NCBI GenBank assembly: GCA_963803435.1
Contig: CAWDML010000012.1
Coordinates: 64,001 to 128,000, forward strand
Source of the DNA: an uncultured delta proteobacterium
GTDB taxonomy: Bacteria > Myxococcota > Kuafuiibacteriia > Kuafuiibacteriales > Kuafuiibacteriaceae
DNA length: 64,000 bases
Reading direction: 5' to 3'
A program made the position numbers and the translations under genes. A model generated the notes under the pieces. That model had not been told where the DNA came from. It made no database searches and saw only the letters and a program-made list of their open reading frames with translations. This document shows, piece after piece, positions 40,085 through 52,670 of this stretch (its first letter is position 1; the number at the start of each line of letters is the position of its first letter).

Positions 40085-41068
40085 GTGAAGCGACTGCTCC
40101 TCATTCCCCTCCTCTCGACGGCGTGCGGCGGGCCGGATGACATCCTCGATGCGAGCTTCGTGGACGAGGTCGTCGGGGCTCCGGCGCGCTCGAGCGAGGT
40201 CGCGTTTCTTCAGGGCGCCACCTGCGAGGATCTGCTCTCGGCACAGGCCGACGAGATCGATCAGGTCGGCACGTTGATCGCCCGGAAGACCGCCGGCTTT
40301 CCGATCCGGCCGGAGGAGAAGATCTTCGACGGCATCCCGCGCGGGGTCCCGCTCTTGATCCACGTGGTGGCGCGCGATGACGCCGGTCTGCTGATCGGGC
40401 GCGGGTGCGTGGCGGAGGAGCTCGAGCCCAACGGACCGATCGGGGTGACGGTGGAGCTGCGCGCCCTCCCCGCCTGCGATGTGGACTGGCGCTTCCTCGA
40501 TCTCGGAATTGTCATCGACACCACGGTCGACATGGCGGTCGCGTTCTCGGGCAACGAGCACATCGACGAGCTCAAGAGCTTCGTCAGCAACTTCGAGGAA
40601 GGGACGCGCTTCTCCATCATCACCCACGGGCACACTGAACCGCCGGTCGAGTACCTGGCGCCCACCGCCGACAAGGACACGGCCATCGCCGCCATCGAAG
40701 GCCTTCGGGGCATCAAGGGTGGCCAGGCGGAGCTCTTCAACAGCGTCACCACCGGAACGCGCCTGCTGCGAAGCCGCGCGGTCTGTCCGAGGCGGCCCGC
40801 GCTGCTGGTGCTCGAGGCCGGACGCGACGGCACCGCCAACAACATCCCGGTGACCGAGGCGAAGATCGGGCTGTTCGCCAACGTGGGCGACTCCAACGAC
40901 GACATCTACATCCACGGCGTCTACGCGACCGAAGGAGCCAAATCCGACCTCGAGGAGCTGTTCCAGGGCCTGACCCTCTCCGGTTTGAGCTCCGGAACCA
41001 CGGTGCCAGTGCTCCGGCAGGGGCTCCTCGACGCCCGCTTTGCGTTCGACGCGCTGATCGTCCGCTGA
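40085..41068 (+). CDS. vWA-domain lipoprotein
   Basis: GTG start; lipobox STAC; degenerate MIDAS (IVIDTTVDM) and alpha/beta vWA pattern. Confidence 0.65.
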   Translation: MKRLLLIPLLSTACGGPDDILDASFVDEVVGAPARSSEVAFLQGATCEDLLSAQADEIDQVGTLIARKTAGFPIRPEEKIFDGIPRGVPLLIHVVARDDAGLLIGRGCVAEELEPNGPIGVTVELRALPACDVDWRFLDLGIVIDTTVDMAVAFSGNEHIDELKSFVSNFEEGTRFSIITHGHTEPPVEYLAPTADKDTAIAAIEGLRGIKGGQAELFNSVTTGTRLLRSRAVCPRRPALLVLEAGRDGTANNIPVTEAKIGLFANVGDSNDDIYIHGVYATEGAKSDLEELFQGLTLSGLSSGTTVPVLRQGLLDARFAFDALIVR

Positions 41069-41122
41069 GGACGCCCTCCTGCAGCTTGACGGGCTCGGGT
41101 GGGGGCCGTAGGGCTGCCGGGT

Positions 41123-42637
41123 ATGAAGTCGATCCTCGAAGAGCTTGGCCTCCGGGAGCAGAACTCCGGCGTTTGCGGCAACCAGTGGTTGGAGAAGCCG
41201 AGCGGCCACGAGCTGGTCTCGCTGAACCCGAGCACCGGCAAGCCGATCGCATCCGTGATCACCGCCGGGGCCGACGACTACGAGCGGGTCGTGGCCGACG
41301 CTCGGGCTGCGTTCGAAGCCTGGCGCAGCTGGCCCGCGCCGCGGCGCGGAGAGGTCCTCCGGGAGCTGGCGGTCGCGCTCCGCGTCAAGAAGAAGGCGCT
41401 CGGCGCGCTGGTCTCGCTGGAGATGGGCAAGATCCGCGTCGAGGGCGAGGGCGAGGTCCAGGAGATGATCGACATCTGCGACTTCTCCGTCGGGCAGTCG
41501 CGGATGCTCTACGGGCTGTCGATGCAATCCGAACGACCCAGCCACCGCATGTACGAGCAGTGGCATCCGCTCGGGGTGGTCGGCGTGATCACGGCGTTCA
41601 ACTTTCCGGTCGCCGTGTGGTCGTGGAACTCGGCGATCGCCGCCGCCTGCGGCGACACCGTGGTGTGGAAGCCTTCGGAGCTCACGCCGCTGTGCGCCGT
41701 CGCCGTCCAGAACATCGCGAACGACGTCTTCACCCGCCACGGTCTCCCCGGCGTGATGACGCTGTGCATCGGCAATCGAACCCAGGTCGGCGAGAAGATG
41801 ACGCGCGACCGCCGCATCCCGCTGATCAGCGCCACCGGCTCCTGCGCAATGGGGCGCAGGGTCGGCGAGGTTGTCTCCCAGCGCTTCGCCAAGACGATCC
41901 TGGAGCTGGGCGGCAACAACGCCATCATCGTGCTCGACGACGCCGACGTCGACCTCGTCACCCGCGCCGTCCTGTTCGGCGCCGTCGGAACGGCCGGCCA
42001 GCGCTGCACCACCACCCGGCGGCTGATCCTCCAGAAGGGGATCGCGCAAAAGGTCACCGACCGTCTGGTGAAGGCGTACCGCCAGATCAAGATCGGCGAC
42101 CCGCTCGAGGAGGGCACGCTGATGGGCCCACTGGTGAGCCAGCGCGCCGTCGACGACATGATGACGGCGCTCGAGCAGATCAAGGTCCAGGGCGCCGAGA
42201 TCCTCACCGGCGGCAAGCGCGTGGATCGCGAGGGCTTCTTCGTGGAGCCCACGCTGGTGAAGGCACCCCCCGACCTGGCGCTCATGCAAGAGGAGACGTT
42301 CGCGCCGGTGCTCTACCTGGTGGAGTGCGACGACCTCGATCACGCCGTCGCGATCCAGAACGGCGTCCCGCAGGGGCTCTCCTCGGCGATCTTCACGAAC
42401 AACCTCCGCGCCGCCGAGCAGTTCCTCTCCGTGCGCGGATCGGACTGCGGGATCGCCAACGTCAACATCGGCACCTCCGGCGCGGAGATCGGCGGCGCGT
42501 TCGGCGGCGAGAAGGACACGGGCGGCGGCCGCGAGGCAGGCTCGGACTCGTGGAAGCAGTACATGCGGCGCCAGACCTGCACGATCAACTACGGCAAGGA
42601 GCTCCCGCTCGCGCAGGGGATCGACTTTGGCGGATAG
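41123..42637 (+). CDS. Aldehyde dehydrogenase family 7 (antiquitin / piperideine-6-carboxylate dehydrogenase-like)
   Basis: GEGEVQEMIDICDF, TAFNFPVAVWSWN, LELGGNNA, GTAGQRCTT and GAFGGEKDTGGGRE.GSD.WK.YMRRQT. Confidence 0.95.
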   Translation: MKSILEELGLREQNSGVCGNQWLEKPSGHELVSLNPSTGKPIASVITAGADDYERVVADARAAFEAWRSWPAPRRGEVLRELAVALRVKKKALGALVSLEMGKIRVEGEGEVQEMIDICDFSVGQSRMLYGLSMQSERPSHRMYEQWHPLGVVGVITAFNFPVAVWSWNSAIAAACGDTVVWKPSELTPLCAVAVQNIANDVFTRHGLPGVMTLCIGNRTQVGEKMTRDRRIPLISATGSCAMGRRVGEVVSQRFAKTILELGGNNAIIVLDDADVDLVTRAVLFGAVGTAGQRCTTTRRLILQKGIAQKVTDRLVKAYRQIKIGDPLEEGTLMGPLVSQRAVDDMMTALEQIKVQGAEILTGGKRVDREGFFVEPTLVKAPPDLALMQEETFAPVLYLVECDDLDHAVAIQNGVPQGLSSAIFTNNLRAAEQFLSVRGSDCGIANVNIGTSGAEIGGAFGGEKDTGGGREAGSDSWKQYMRRQTCTINYGKELPLAQGIDFGG

Positions 42638-42640
42638 CTG

Positions 42641-43586
42641 CTATTGCGACTTGATCAGCTTCCTCAGGATCGCTGGGCTCAAACACCGCATCGCGCACTT
42701 TCCGTCGACGCAAGCCGACTTGCACTCGCGGTCGTCCTTGCACGTCTCTCCGGTGCTGCGTGGCTCCTGACAGGAACCGTCGATGCAGCGGAGCCCGGGG
42801 CTGCATTCGCCGCCGGAGCAGGACGAGCCGGCGATGACCTCGCCCTCCAGGCACTCTCCGTCGACACAGCGGCCGCGGCATTCGACGCTCGAGCGGCACG
42901 TTTGGCCGGGCTCGATGAGCCGGACGCAGCGTGTTCGATCGCAGAAGCCGTCCTGGCAGGCCGGATGGTGGAGCTCGGCGTCGTCCTGTCGGGTGTAGAC
43001 GGCGAGCGTGTCGACCGTGGCGCCGCAGAGGGCGCCGGGCGGAGGCGGAGCTCCGCAGGTGCCGAGGTCGGTGGGACCGGCGCCGAGGCAACGCATGCCG
43101 TCGCCGCACTCGAGGTTCGAGCGGCAGCGGTCGCCGGGGCCGCGCGTGCCCTCGAGGATCCCGAGGCACGCCGGCGGCGTGGGCGGCTGCCAGGGGCCGA
43201 TCCAGTCACAGCCGGCGTGCTGCTGGGTGAGGGCCTGCTCGCAGGCGTCGACCGCGGAGGCGTCGAGGACGACACCGCCCGTGGAGAGCGCGCCGGCAAG
43301 GTTGCGTTCGCACTCGCTGGTGAGGATCACGCCCGGGGTGCCGTGGCAGCACTCGGCGCGCTTCTTACGCGGAAGCTCGTGGAGCGCGGCGCACAGGCGG
43401 GAGACCAGCTTCGGGATCTGGCCGGGATGGGCGGGGTAGACGGGAGAGATCGAGTCGTCGGTCTCGGCGGCCGAGGCGAGGGCCTTGGCCTCGCGCGTCT
43501 CCTGCCGGCGATGGTCGGTCTCGGAGTCGCAGGCGTCGCAGCCGGGCGCGAGCGCGAGGAGGAGGAGGACCGCGGTCGATTCTCAT
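42641..43586 (-). CDS. Cysteine-rich lipoprotein with a +1 frameshift in codons 2-3
   Basis: Removing one base at 43580/43581 gives MRSTAVLLLLALAPGC..., continuous with ORF 42641-43330. Confidence 0.75.
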
Positions 43587-43607
43587 GGGGGACGAGAATA
43601 GCTCAGC

Positions 43608-45014
43608 TCACGGCGTGGGCGTGCCGTGTCCGTCGTCGAAGCCCCGGTGGGGGGCGGGGAGGAACGGCATCTCGGCGAGGAAGGGCTTGTCGTTGTAGTC
43701 CACGCCGTCCGAGATCGTCAGCTGGCCGCCCGCCAAGATGACGGAGAGGAGCACGTCGGTCACGTCGGCCTGCTCCTGAAGGGGCGTGGCGCCGCCGATC
43801 AGCGGGCGTCCGTTGGGGAACGAGGAGTCGGTCGCCATGTCGACGCGGAGCACGTCGCCGGTGACGTCGAGACCGAAGTTGTGGGCGCCGGGGGTCGGGA
43901 TGTCCTTCAGGTTGATGATGTCGAGGATGTCAGTGCGGTTCGACTTGAATGGAGTCGGATCGACACCGAGCGCCGCATAGATGCCGACGGCCTCGGCGTC
44001 GCGAACGACGACCGGGTTGAGGAAGTACGCGCCGAAGTTCTGCACGTCGTACGCGGGGTGCGTGCGGTTGTACTTGTCCTTGTCCTGTAGGCCGATCAGC
44101 GCCTCGTTGATCAGCGGGAGGCCGAGGCGAGACACCTGGACGAAGGGGCCGAATGCGGAGGTGCCGCCGTAACGACCGCGCTCGCGGACCACCACCTGCT
44201 TGCGGCTGGAGGAGGCCCAGACGTTGAGTGTGGTGAAGTTGCCGGGCGTGTTGCCGGGCAGCTGGCCGTTCTCCGTGAGGAGCGTGGTCGGGATCTCGAG
44301 CACGATCGAGTGCGTGTTGAACCCGGACACGCCGTCCTGCGCGGTGCCCTTGGGGCGGAGATTGGCGAGGTCGAACACACCGCCGAGATCGACGTAGAAG
44401 CCATCGTCGCGCGGACCGGCCCAGACGCGTCCCTCACGGCCCATGTCGTGGATGAAGCGCGCCGCGAACGCGTCGTCGTAGTCCGCCTGGGGAGCGTCGC
44501 CCTTCGTCACCAACCCGAACGTGCGCGGGCCGATGTTGAGCGGTGCGACCGGCACGTCACGAGCGATGATCTCGGCGCCGCGGGCGGTGTCCTTGTAGAC
44601 CGTGTAGGTCTGCACCTGCCCCGAGAGCTGCGAGAAGAACTCCTTGCCGCCGCCCGGGGGCAGGCCGAGGTTGGCCACGTCGACGTTCTGGAGGGGCGTG
44701 GTCTTGAAGTGGATGTTGTACGAGGCCACCGGGTAGAGGTGGTACGGGCCACGCCCGATGTGGATCTCGTAGCGGACCTCGTCCGAGAACCTGTGGAAGT
44801 TGGGGCCACCGGAGGGCTCCTCGAGCGGGATCCAGTTGGCGACCACGTACAGCTTGTCGTGCGTGCCGGGCGCCACCCAGGCATAGACGTCGGTGTTGTC
44901 GGCCGCAGGGTCGTCCGCGATCAGCGGCGCCTCCCGATGGCTCGATGCGTGTACGGGCCCGACCGACATGGTCAGGCCCAGGACGGTACAGGCGGCGATT
45001 GTGCTCTTCCTCAT
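43608..45014 (-). CDS. DUF4331-domain secreted protein
   Basis: Signal peptide, then SSHREAP...DNTDVYA, AGPRDD, QVSRLG.PLINE and FPNGR. Confidence 0.9.
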   Translation of the reverse strand: MRKSTIAACTVLGLTMSVGPVHASSHREAPLIADDPAADNTDVYAWVAPGTHDKLYVVANWIPLEEPSGGPNFHRFSDEVRYEIHIGRGPYHLYPVASYNIHFKTTPLQNVDVANLGLPPGGGKEFFSQLSGQVQTYTVYKDTARGAEIIARDVPVAPLNIGPRTFGLVTKGDAPQADYDDAFAARFIHDMGREGRVWAGPRDDGFYVDLGGVFDLANLRPKGTAQDGVSGFNTHSIVLEIPTTLLTENGQLPGNTPGNFTTLNVWASSSRKQVVVRERGRYGGTSAFGPFVQVSRLGLPLINEALIGLQDKDKYNRTHPAYDVQNFGAYFLNPVVVRDAEAVGIYAALGVDPTPFKSNRTDILDIINLKDIPTPGAHNFGLDVTGDVLRVDMATDSSFPNGRPLIGGATPLQEQADVTDVLLSVILAGGQLTISDGVDYNDKPFLAEMPFLPAPHRGFDDGHGTPTP

Positions 45015-45056
45015 CGGCGATCCTCCGGTCTTCGCTTGGGGCCGTTCGGAGGGAGG

Positions 45057-45082
45057 TACGACTGTGGAGGGCGAGCGGATCG
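45057..45082 (-). promoter_or_regulatory. Possible SigK/RpoT-like ECF promoter CGATCC-N15-TCGTA
   Basis: Motif read on the minus strand upstream of the DUF4331 gene; single copy. Confidence 0.35.
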
Positions 45083-45133
45083 GCAAGAAGGTGCGATCCG
45101 GTTTGGCTGCGTGTTACCGTGACCTGCACGCGC

Positions 45134-46823
45134 ATGTGGGTCTGCCCGCAGTGTCATCTGGTCTTCCGTGATCAGCGGGTCGGAATCTGCGGGATTCACG
45201 GCAGTCGCCTGGTGGAGCAGGACTTCGATCCGCTGGTCGGGCGAACCGTGGATCGCTACCAGATCCTGGAACGGCTGGGCGGCGGGGCCATGGGCTCGGT
45301 CTATCGCGCGAAGCACGCGGTGCTCGATCGCGTCTGCGCCATCAAGGTCCTGTTCGGGGAGTACGCCCACGACGAGAACCTGAGAAAGCGCTTCGAGCGC
45401 GAGGCCAAGGCGATCAGCCGGATCCGACACCCGAACGTGGTTGCGGTCAGCGACTTCGGCACCACCTCCGACGCCGTCACGTTCCTGGTCATGGACTACG
45501 TGGACGGCCTTCCGCTCGATCGGATCATCCACGACGAGGCGCCGATGAGCCCCGGGCTCACCGCCCGGATCGCCCGCCAGATCGCCTCCGGCCTCCACGA
45601 GGCCCACGCCGAGGGCTTCGTGCATCGAGACATGAAGCCGCCCAACGTGATGGTCAGCGGATCCTTGGGGAACGAGGAGGTCCGCATCCTCGACTTCGGC
45701 CTGGTGAGCTTGCTGTACCGCCGGCTCGACACGGACCGCCTCACCGTGGAAGGGCAGCTCGTCGGCACGCCGATGTACATGTCACCGGAGCAGACGCTCG
45801 ACGCCTCGGTGGGTCCACCCTCGGACCTCTACTCGCTGGGCGTCATGATGTACGAGATGCTCCTGGGGCAACCGCCCTTCGTGCACGAGGGTCGGGTCGC
45901 GATGATGTTCGCGCACGTGCACCAGCCCGCGCCGCCGCTGCCGGACTTCGAGGGCCTCGAGGAGGTGGTGATGAAGCTGCTGGCGAAGAAGCCGGAGGAT
46001 CGCTACCAGAGCGCGAAGGAGCTGATCGACGGGCTGGATCAGCTCGAGCTGATGGACGAGACCACCTCGAACCGCCTCCTCGAGTTCCACGACCGGACCG
46101 ACCTCGCCGAATCGCCCGGCTACCACCTCGACACGGATCCCTCGATCCCGCCGGTGGGGAGCGACGAGTTCATCGAGGTGGTCACGCAGGTCGAGGAGAT
46201 GAGCCCGGCGCAGCTGCCGCGGCCCACGTTCGCTCCGCTGACGCGCCACACGATCTTGATGATCGAGGATTCGGAGGGCGGACTCGAGCGACGCGATCTC
46301 CCGCGTGGTCGACGACTTCACGGTGCGCCACGTGACCAGCATCGAGGCTGCGCTGCGTACGCTCCAGCACGAGTCGGTCGACGCGATCGTGGTGGACCTT
46401 TCGCTCCCCGAGCTCGACGGTTTGGAGTCCTTGCGCGCGCTGCGGGACCGCGCGCCGCGGACTCCGGTCGTCGCCTTGTCCTCACGTGCGGGCGAGGGCC
46501 ACGCGCTCGACGCCGCCCGATTCGGCGCCGACGAGTACCTGGTGAAGGCCGAGACCACCCCCGTCTCGCTGGCGCGGGCCATCCGGTTCGCGGTGGCGCG
46601 ATCAGCCGCGCTGGATGAGCGCATGCCCCTGGAGGCGCCGCGGCCCACGGTGGAGCTCTCGAGCGCCGCAATGGTGGCGCCGGTCAAGCGCCGCGGCCTC
46701 AACCCTCTGCTGATCCTCCTCGCCGTCGGTCTGTTCGCGTTGGGCGCAGCGGCGGGAGTGCTCCTCTCCGCGACCACGGTCAGCCCTTCCGCGGCCCCGG
46801 CGGACGTCCAGGGCTCCAGGTGA
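45134..46823 (+). CDS. Ser/Thr kinase-receiver domain-TM hybrid with a +1 frameshift at about 46270
   Basis: CPQC zinc ribbon; LGGGAMGSVY, HRDMKPPN, DFG; REC domain ILMIED / VVDLSLPELDG / VVALSS / GADEYLVK split across two frames; C-terminal TM. Confidence 0.85.
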
Positions 46824-46877
46824 AGCCTCCGGCGCGGATCTGGAAGAGATGCGGGCGCAAGCCTAGAATCCGGGCAC

Positions 46878-48601
<1,724 letters not shown>

Positions 48602-48605
<4 letters not shown>

Positions 48606-49393
48606 CCTGGTGGGGAACCTTCGAGATCCCCGAGGGGCGAGCCGGTCGGTTCCGGATCGGTCCCCTGGACCTGTGGATCGAGCGACGCCGCGCGGAGTGG
48701 CGCATCGGATACCAGCGCACCGCGGACGCCTACGACTCAGCGCTCTCGATCGAGGTTCCGCGCGAGCCGATCGATCTGCTCGCGATGAAGGAGGTCCACC
48801 GGTTCGCCGTAGGCGACGGTGAGCACTTCGTGACTTCGAGCGCGCAGCTGCCGGACCGGGCGATGGTGACACGTCCAGAGCGACCGTTGGTGATCCCGTC
48901 GGGCGAGGAGATCACGCTGTACGTGACCACGCCGCTCTGGATCGGCCTGGCTTCGGGGGCGGCGCCAGGCAAGTCGCTGCTCGAGCTCCCCATCCATCGC
49001 CCCTCGGACACCTGGTTCGGCCCCACCAACCTGGAGGGCGAGCTCTGTTACGCGAGCCGGGGGTTCTGGCGCACCGCGGTCGAGGAGCTGCAGGTCCGGC
49101 CTCATCGCGCCGTCACGCGCGTGCTGATCCAGAACGCGGCCGCCGACGCGCTGCACGCCGAGCGTCTGAACCTGCCGGTGATGCGCCTCCACCTGTGGTG
49201 CTCGAGAGAGGGACGCCTGTGGACCGACGACGTCACGTTCGTACGCACCGAGCGGGACGAGTTCGCGACTCTGCGGCTGAACTCGACGTCCCAGCGGAGC
49301 TTCGAGCTCATCGGCGCCAAGCTGTTGGCCGAGCCGCGCCTCGCCACCAGCTCCAACATGGTGGTGCGCGCTTTCAACTCTCTGTTTGGTTGA
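48602..49393 (+). CDS. Conserved hypothetical protein (DUF432-like)
   Basis: ATGA overlap with the upstream stop; SDTWFGP...GELCYA motif; upstream of mscS. Confidence 0.7.
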
Positions 49394-49402
49394 GGAGACG
49401 AG

Positions 49403-50296
49403 ATGTCCGAGCTCATGCGCACCATTCACCAGCTGCTCCACACGCCGGAGGTCCGAACCGGGCTCGAGGCCGCCCTCGTGATGCTGAGCGGCCTGCTGGG
49501 GATGAAGCTCCTCACTCGCCGGCTCACCGGCCGCAAGCTGGCGCCGCAGCAGAACCTCCTGGTCCGCCAGGTGCTCCGCTACGGGGTGCTGGGGGCGTCG
49601 GTGGTGATGGCGCTGCGGGTGCTGGGGATCGATCTCAGCGTGCTGCTCGGTGCCGCCGGCGTACTGACCGTCGCGATCGGCTTTGCCTCACAGACTTCGG
49701 CCTCCAACCTGATCAGCGGCATCTTCCTCATGGGTGAGGAACCCTTCGTGGTAGGCGACGTGATCCGGATCGGGGACGTCCTGGGCGAGGTCCTCTCGAT
49801 CGGGTCGCTCTCGGTGAACCTGCGGACGCTGGACAACCTGAGCATCCGGATTCCCAACGAGACGGTGCTGAAGTCCAACGTGGTCAACCTGACGCGCTTT
49901 CCCATCCGTCGCTTCGACCTGCCGATCAGCGTCGCGTACCGCGAGAAGCTCGGGGAGGTGCGCCGCGTCCTCCTCGAGGTGGCGGAGAACAATCCGATCT
50001 GTCTGGTCGAGCCCAAACCGGTGGTGCTGTTCAAGAGCTACGGCGACTCGTCGGTGAACGTGTCCTTGATGGTGTGGGCGACCAAGGAGAACTACTTCGA
50101 GCTGATGAGCTCGATCCCCGAGCAGGTGAAGAGCGCGTTCGAGGCGAACAACATCGAGATCCCGTTCCCCCAACGCACGGTCCGCGTCGTCTCAGACCCC
50201 GAGCAGCGCCCGCGAGCCCATGCCGAGCAGGATGCCGAGCAGCAGAAGCAACAGACCGGTCAGCCAGCGTCGCTTGGAGACCTTGCGTCCGGGTAG
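49403..50296 (+). CDS. Small-conductance mechanosensitive channel
   Basis: TM helices, AIGFASQ...NLISG, PFVVGD, IPN and IEIPFPQR. Confidence 0.92.
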   Translation: MSELMRTIHQLLHTPEVRTGLEAALVMLSGLLGMKLLTRRLTGRKLAPQQNLLVRQVLRYGVLGASVVMALRVLGIDLSVLLGAAGVLTVAIGFASQTSASNLISGIFLMGEEPFVVGDVIRIGDVLGEVLSIGSLSVNLRTLDNLSIRIPNETVLKSNVVNLTRFPIRRFDLPISVAYREKLGEVRRVLLEVAENNPICLVEPKPVVLFKSYGDSSVNVSLMVWATKENYFELMSSIPEQVKSAFEANNIEIPFPQRTVRVVSDPEQRPRAHAEQDAEQQKQQTGQPASLGDLASG

Positions 50297-51529
50297 CCCC
50301 GGCGTGACCCGCGTGATGACACGGCGCTGATCCACCGGAGCGGCGCGGAGCGGGGTCAACACCGTCGCGTCGGGCACCGGGGGCACGTCGAGCCGCAGCG
50401 TGTCCTGCACGATCGCCGGCGGATCGGTGATGAGGCCGCTGTCCGGACGCGCCAGTACGGTCGCGTCCTCGGAGTCGTAGGCGGGGAAGCGGGCGCCGCT
50501 GGCGAACACGATCACCTCGGTGTCGCTCGGACCTTCTCCCAGGGACTCCGGACGGCCGAGCAAGTGCCGGATCTTGCGGCGCTCGGCCTCGAGCTCTGGC
50601 CCGAATCGGGCGAGGAAGAGCTCCCGGGTCGCGCCCGCGACCGAGGCGAGCGGAACGGCGGCGTCGATCGCGCGGAGGAAGTCGGCCGCAGATTGAAAGC
50701 GCCCGCCGGGTGTCCGCGCCAGCGCGCGATCGAGCACGTCGTCCAGCTCGATTGACACGTCCGAGCGGAGGGCGGCGAGGCGCTCCCAGCGGGGCCGGAC
50801 TCCGGCGCGCATCATGGCGCGCGGCGTACCCGGCTCGATGAAACGGCGGCCCGACAAGAGCTCGTACAAGATGACGCCGATGGCGTAGAGATCGGCCGTC
50901 CGATCCACGCGCTTGCCCGTGATCTGCTCGGGAGACATATAGCCGACCGACCCGAGCACGCGACCGGTCCGCGTCTGCCAGCTCTGCACGCGCGACAGTC
51001 CCATCCCCAGATCGATGATGCGGACGGCGCCGTCGGTGCCGATCATCATGTTGCGCGGGGAGACGTCGCGGTGGACCACGTCGAGCGGCTCGTCGGTGCC
51101 CGCATCGCGGAGCTCGTGGATCGCGCGCAGGCCCTCGAGTGCGCCGGCGATCATCTCGATCACCTCGGGCACCTTCAGGGTCAATCGTCCGCTGACCACC
51201 TCGTGGAGGAGCTTGGTCATCGGCCAGCCACTGACGTACTCCATCGCGATGTACAGCTCGCCGTCGACGGAGCCGACGTCGAACACGCCGGCCACGTGAG
51301 GGCTGTCGAGCTGGACGGCGACGCGAGCCTCGTGGCGGAAGCGGCGGACGAACTCGGGATCCTCGGCGCGTTCGGGGAGGAGGCGCTTGATCACGACCGG
51401 CGTATGAATCGAGCGGTCGCGACCGACCGATCGGGCCAGATAGACCGCCCCCGAGGCGCCGACGCCCAGCTGCTCCAGCAAGAGGTAGGCCCCGAAGGTC
51501 CGGGGCAGGTCGGGAGCGGATGGCGCCAT
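50192..51529 (-). CDS. Ser/Thr protein kinase with C-terminal TM
   Basis: LGVGASGAVY, VIKR, HRDVSPRN, DLG and YMSPEQ. Confidence 0.88.
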   Translation of the reverse strand: MAPSAPDLPRTFGAYLLLEQLGVGASGAVYLARSVGRDRSIHTPVVIKRLLPERAEDPEFVRRFRHEARVAVQLDSPHVAGVFDVGSVDGELYIAMEYVSGWPMTKLLHEVVSGRLTLKVPEVIEMIAGALEGLRAIHELRDAGTDEPLDVVHRDVSPRNMMIGTDGAVRIIDLGMGLSRVQSWQTRTGRVLGSVGYMSPEQITGKRVDRTADLYAIGVILYELLSGRRFIEPGTPRAMMRAGVRPRWERLAALRSDVSIELDDVLDRALARTPGGRFQSAADFLRAIDAAVPLASVAGATRELFLARFGPELEAERRKIRHLLGRPESLGEGPSDTEVIVFASGARFPAYDSEDATVLARPDSGLITDPPAIVQDTLRLDVPPVPDATVLTPLRAAPVDQRRVITRVTPGLPGRKVSKRRWLTGLLLLLLGILLGMGSRALLGV

Positions 51530-51554
51530 CGCCGACCCCACTCTATCATCCGCG

Positions 51555-52670
51555 TTGTTCTTCTCGGAGAAGCTGGGTCGCTACACGATCCTCCGGGAGC
51601 TCGAGCGGGGCGGGATGGCCTCGGTCGATCTGGCGCTCCGCGACGACGCCGACGAGCTCTGCGTCATCAAACGCCTCCAGCGGCATGACTGGAGCCGGAC
51701 CAACGTCGTCAAGCGTTTCCATCGCGAGGCCAAGCTGGCCTCGATGCTCGACCACAAAAACCTGGCCCGCGTGATCGACGCGGGGCTCGAAGAGGGCGTG
51801 TTCTGCATGGTCTTCGAGTTCGTGCCAGGGAAGACGCTCGCCTCGTACCGGGCGCACCTGGCGCGCCGGCGCGAGCTGATCCCGATGGAGCTCACCGTCT
51901 GGATCGGCGCCGAGGCCATGGCGGCCCTCGCTCACGTGCACGGGGCGCGGGGCGAAGACGGAGCCCCGCTCAACATGATCCACCGGGACGTCTCCGCGAG
52001 GAACGTGATGATCAGCTTCGCGGGGGCTGTGAAAGTGATCGACTTCGGGTTGGCCAAGTCGGACCTCGACGATTTCAAGACCGAGTCCGGGACCCTTCTG
52101 GGCACGTTCCCGTATCTGTCGCCTGAGCAGGCCGCGGGCGCACCGGTCGATGCGCGCTCGGATCTCTACAGCCTGTCCGTGATCCTGTTCGAGACCCTGA
52201 GCGGTCAAACGCTGATCGATCGCACGCAGCCGGCCGAGATGGTGGATCGGATCCTCCGCGATCCCCCGCCGCCGCACTCCGCGTTTCCACCCGAGGTCCC
52301 CGCGGCCGTCCGGTCGATCGTGATCCGCGGCCTGGCGAAGTCGCCCGACCGACGCTGGTCCTCGGCGGCCGAGTACCGCGAAGCGTTGCTGGACGCGATC
52401 GGCCCGATCGAGGCGCCGGCCCGCGGGCTCGCCCGCTCGCTCACCTCCGTCTTCCCGGAGGAGTCGAGGCAGATGGCGCAGCTGATCGCGTTCTACCAGG
52501 CGGGGGGCGACGTGCTAGCGACCGCCTCTCCGGCCGAGCCAACCGGCGCGTCCGCGACGAGGCTGGTGGCGACGAAGAAGAGGTCAACGGTGCGACGGCT
52601 GATGCTGGCGCTGGTCCTCCTCGGCCTGGGCTACACCATCGGCTGGTTGTTGCTGCCGTCGTTCGGTTGA
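51555..52670 (+). CDS. Ser/Thr protein kinase with C-terminal TM
   Basis: GGMASV, VIKR, HRDVSARN, DFG and YLSPEQ. Confidence 0.88.
   Translation: MFFSEKLGRYTILRELERGGMASVDLALRDDADELCVIKRLQRHDWSRTNVVKRFHREAKLASMLDHKNLARVIDAGLEEGVFCMVFEFVPGKTLASYRAHLARRRELIPMELTVWIGAEAMAALAHVHGARGEDGAPLNMIHRDVSARNVMISFAGAVKVIDFGLAKSDLDDFKTESGTLLGTFPYLSPEQAAGAPVDARSDLYSLSVILFETLSGQTLIDRTQPAEMVDRILRDPPPPHSAFPPEVPAAVRSIVIRGLAKSPDRRWSSAAEYREALLDAIGPIEAPARGLARSLTSVFPEESRQMAQLIAFYQAGGDVLATASPAEPTGASATRLVATKKRSTVRRLMLALVLLGLGYTIGWLLLPSFG

Noticed and set aside
3433-42637. KamA plus ALDH7 as a lysine catabolic cluster
   Set aside because: They are 36 kb apart, belong to different pathways and have no linking genes.
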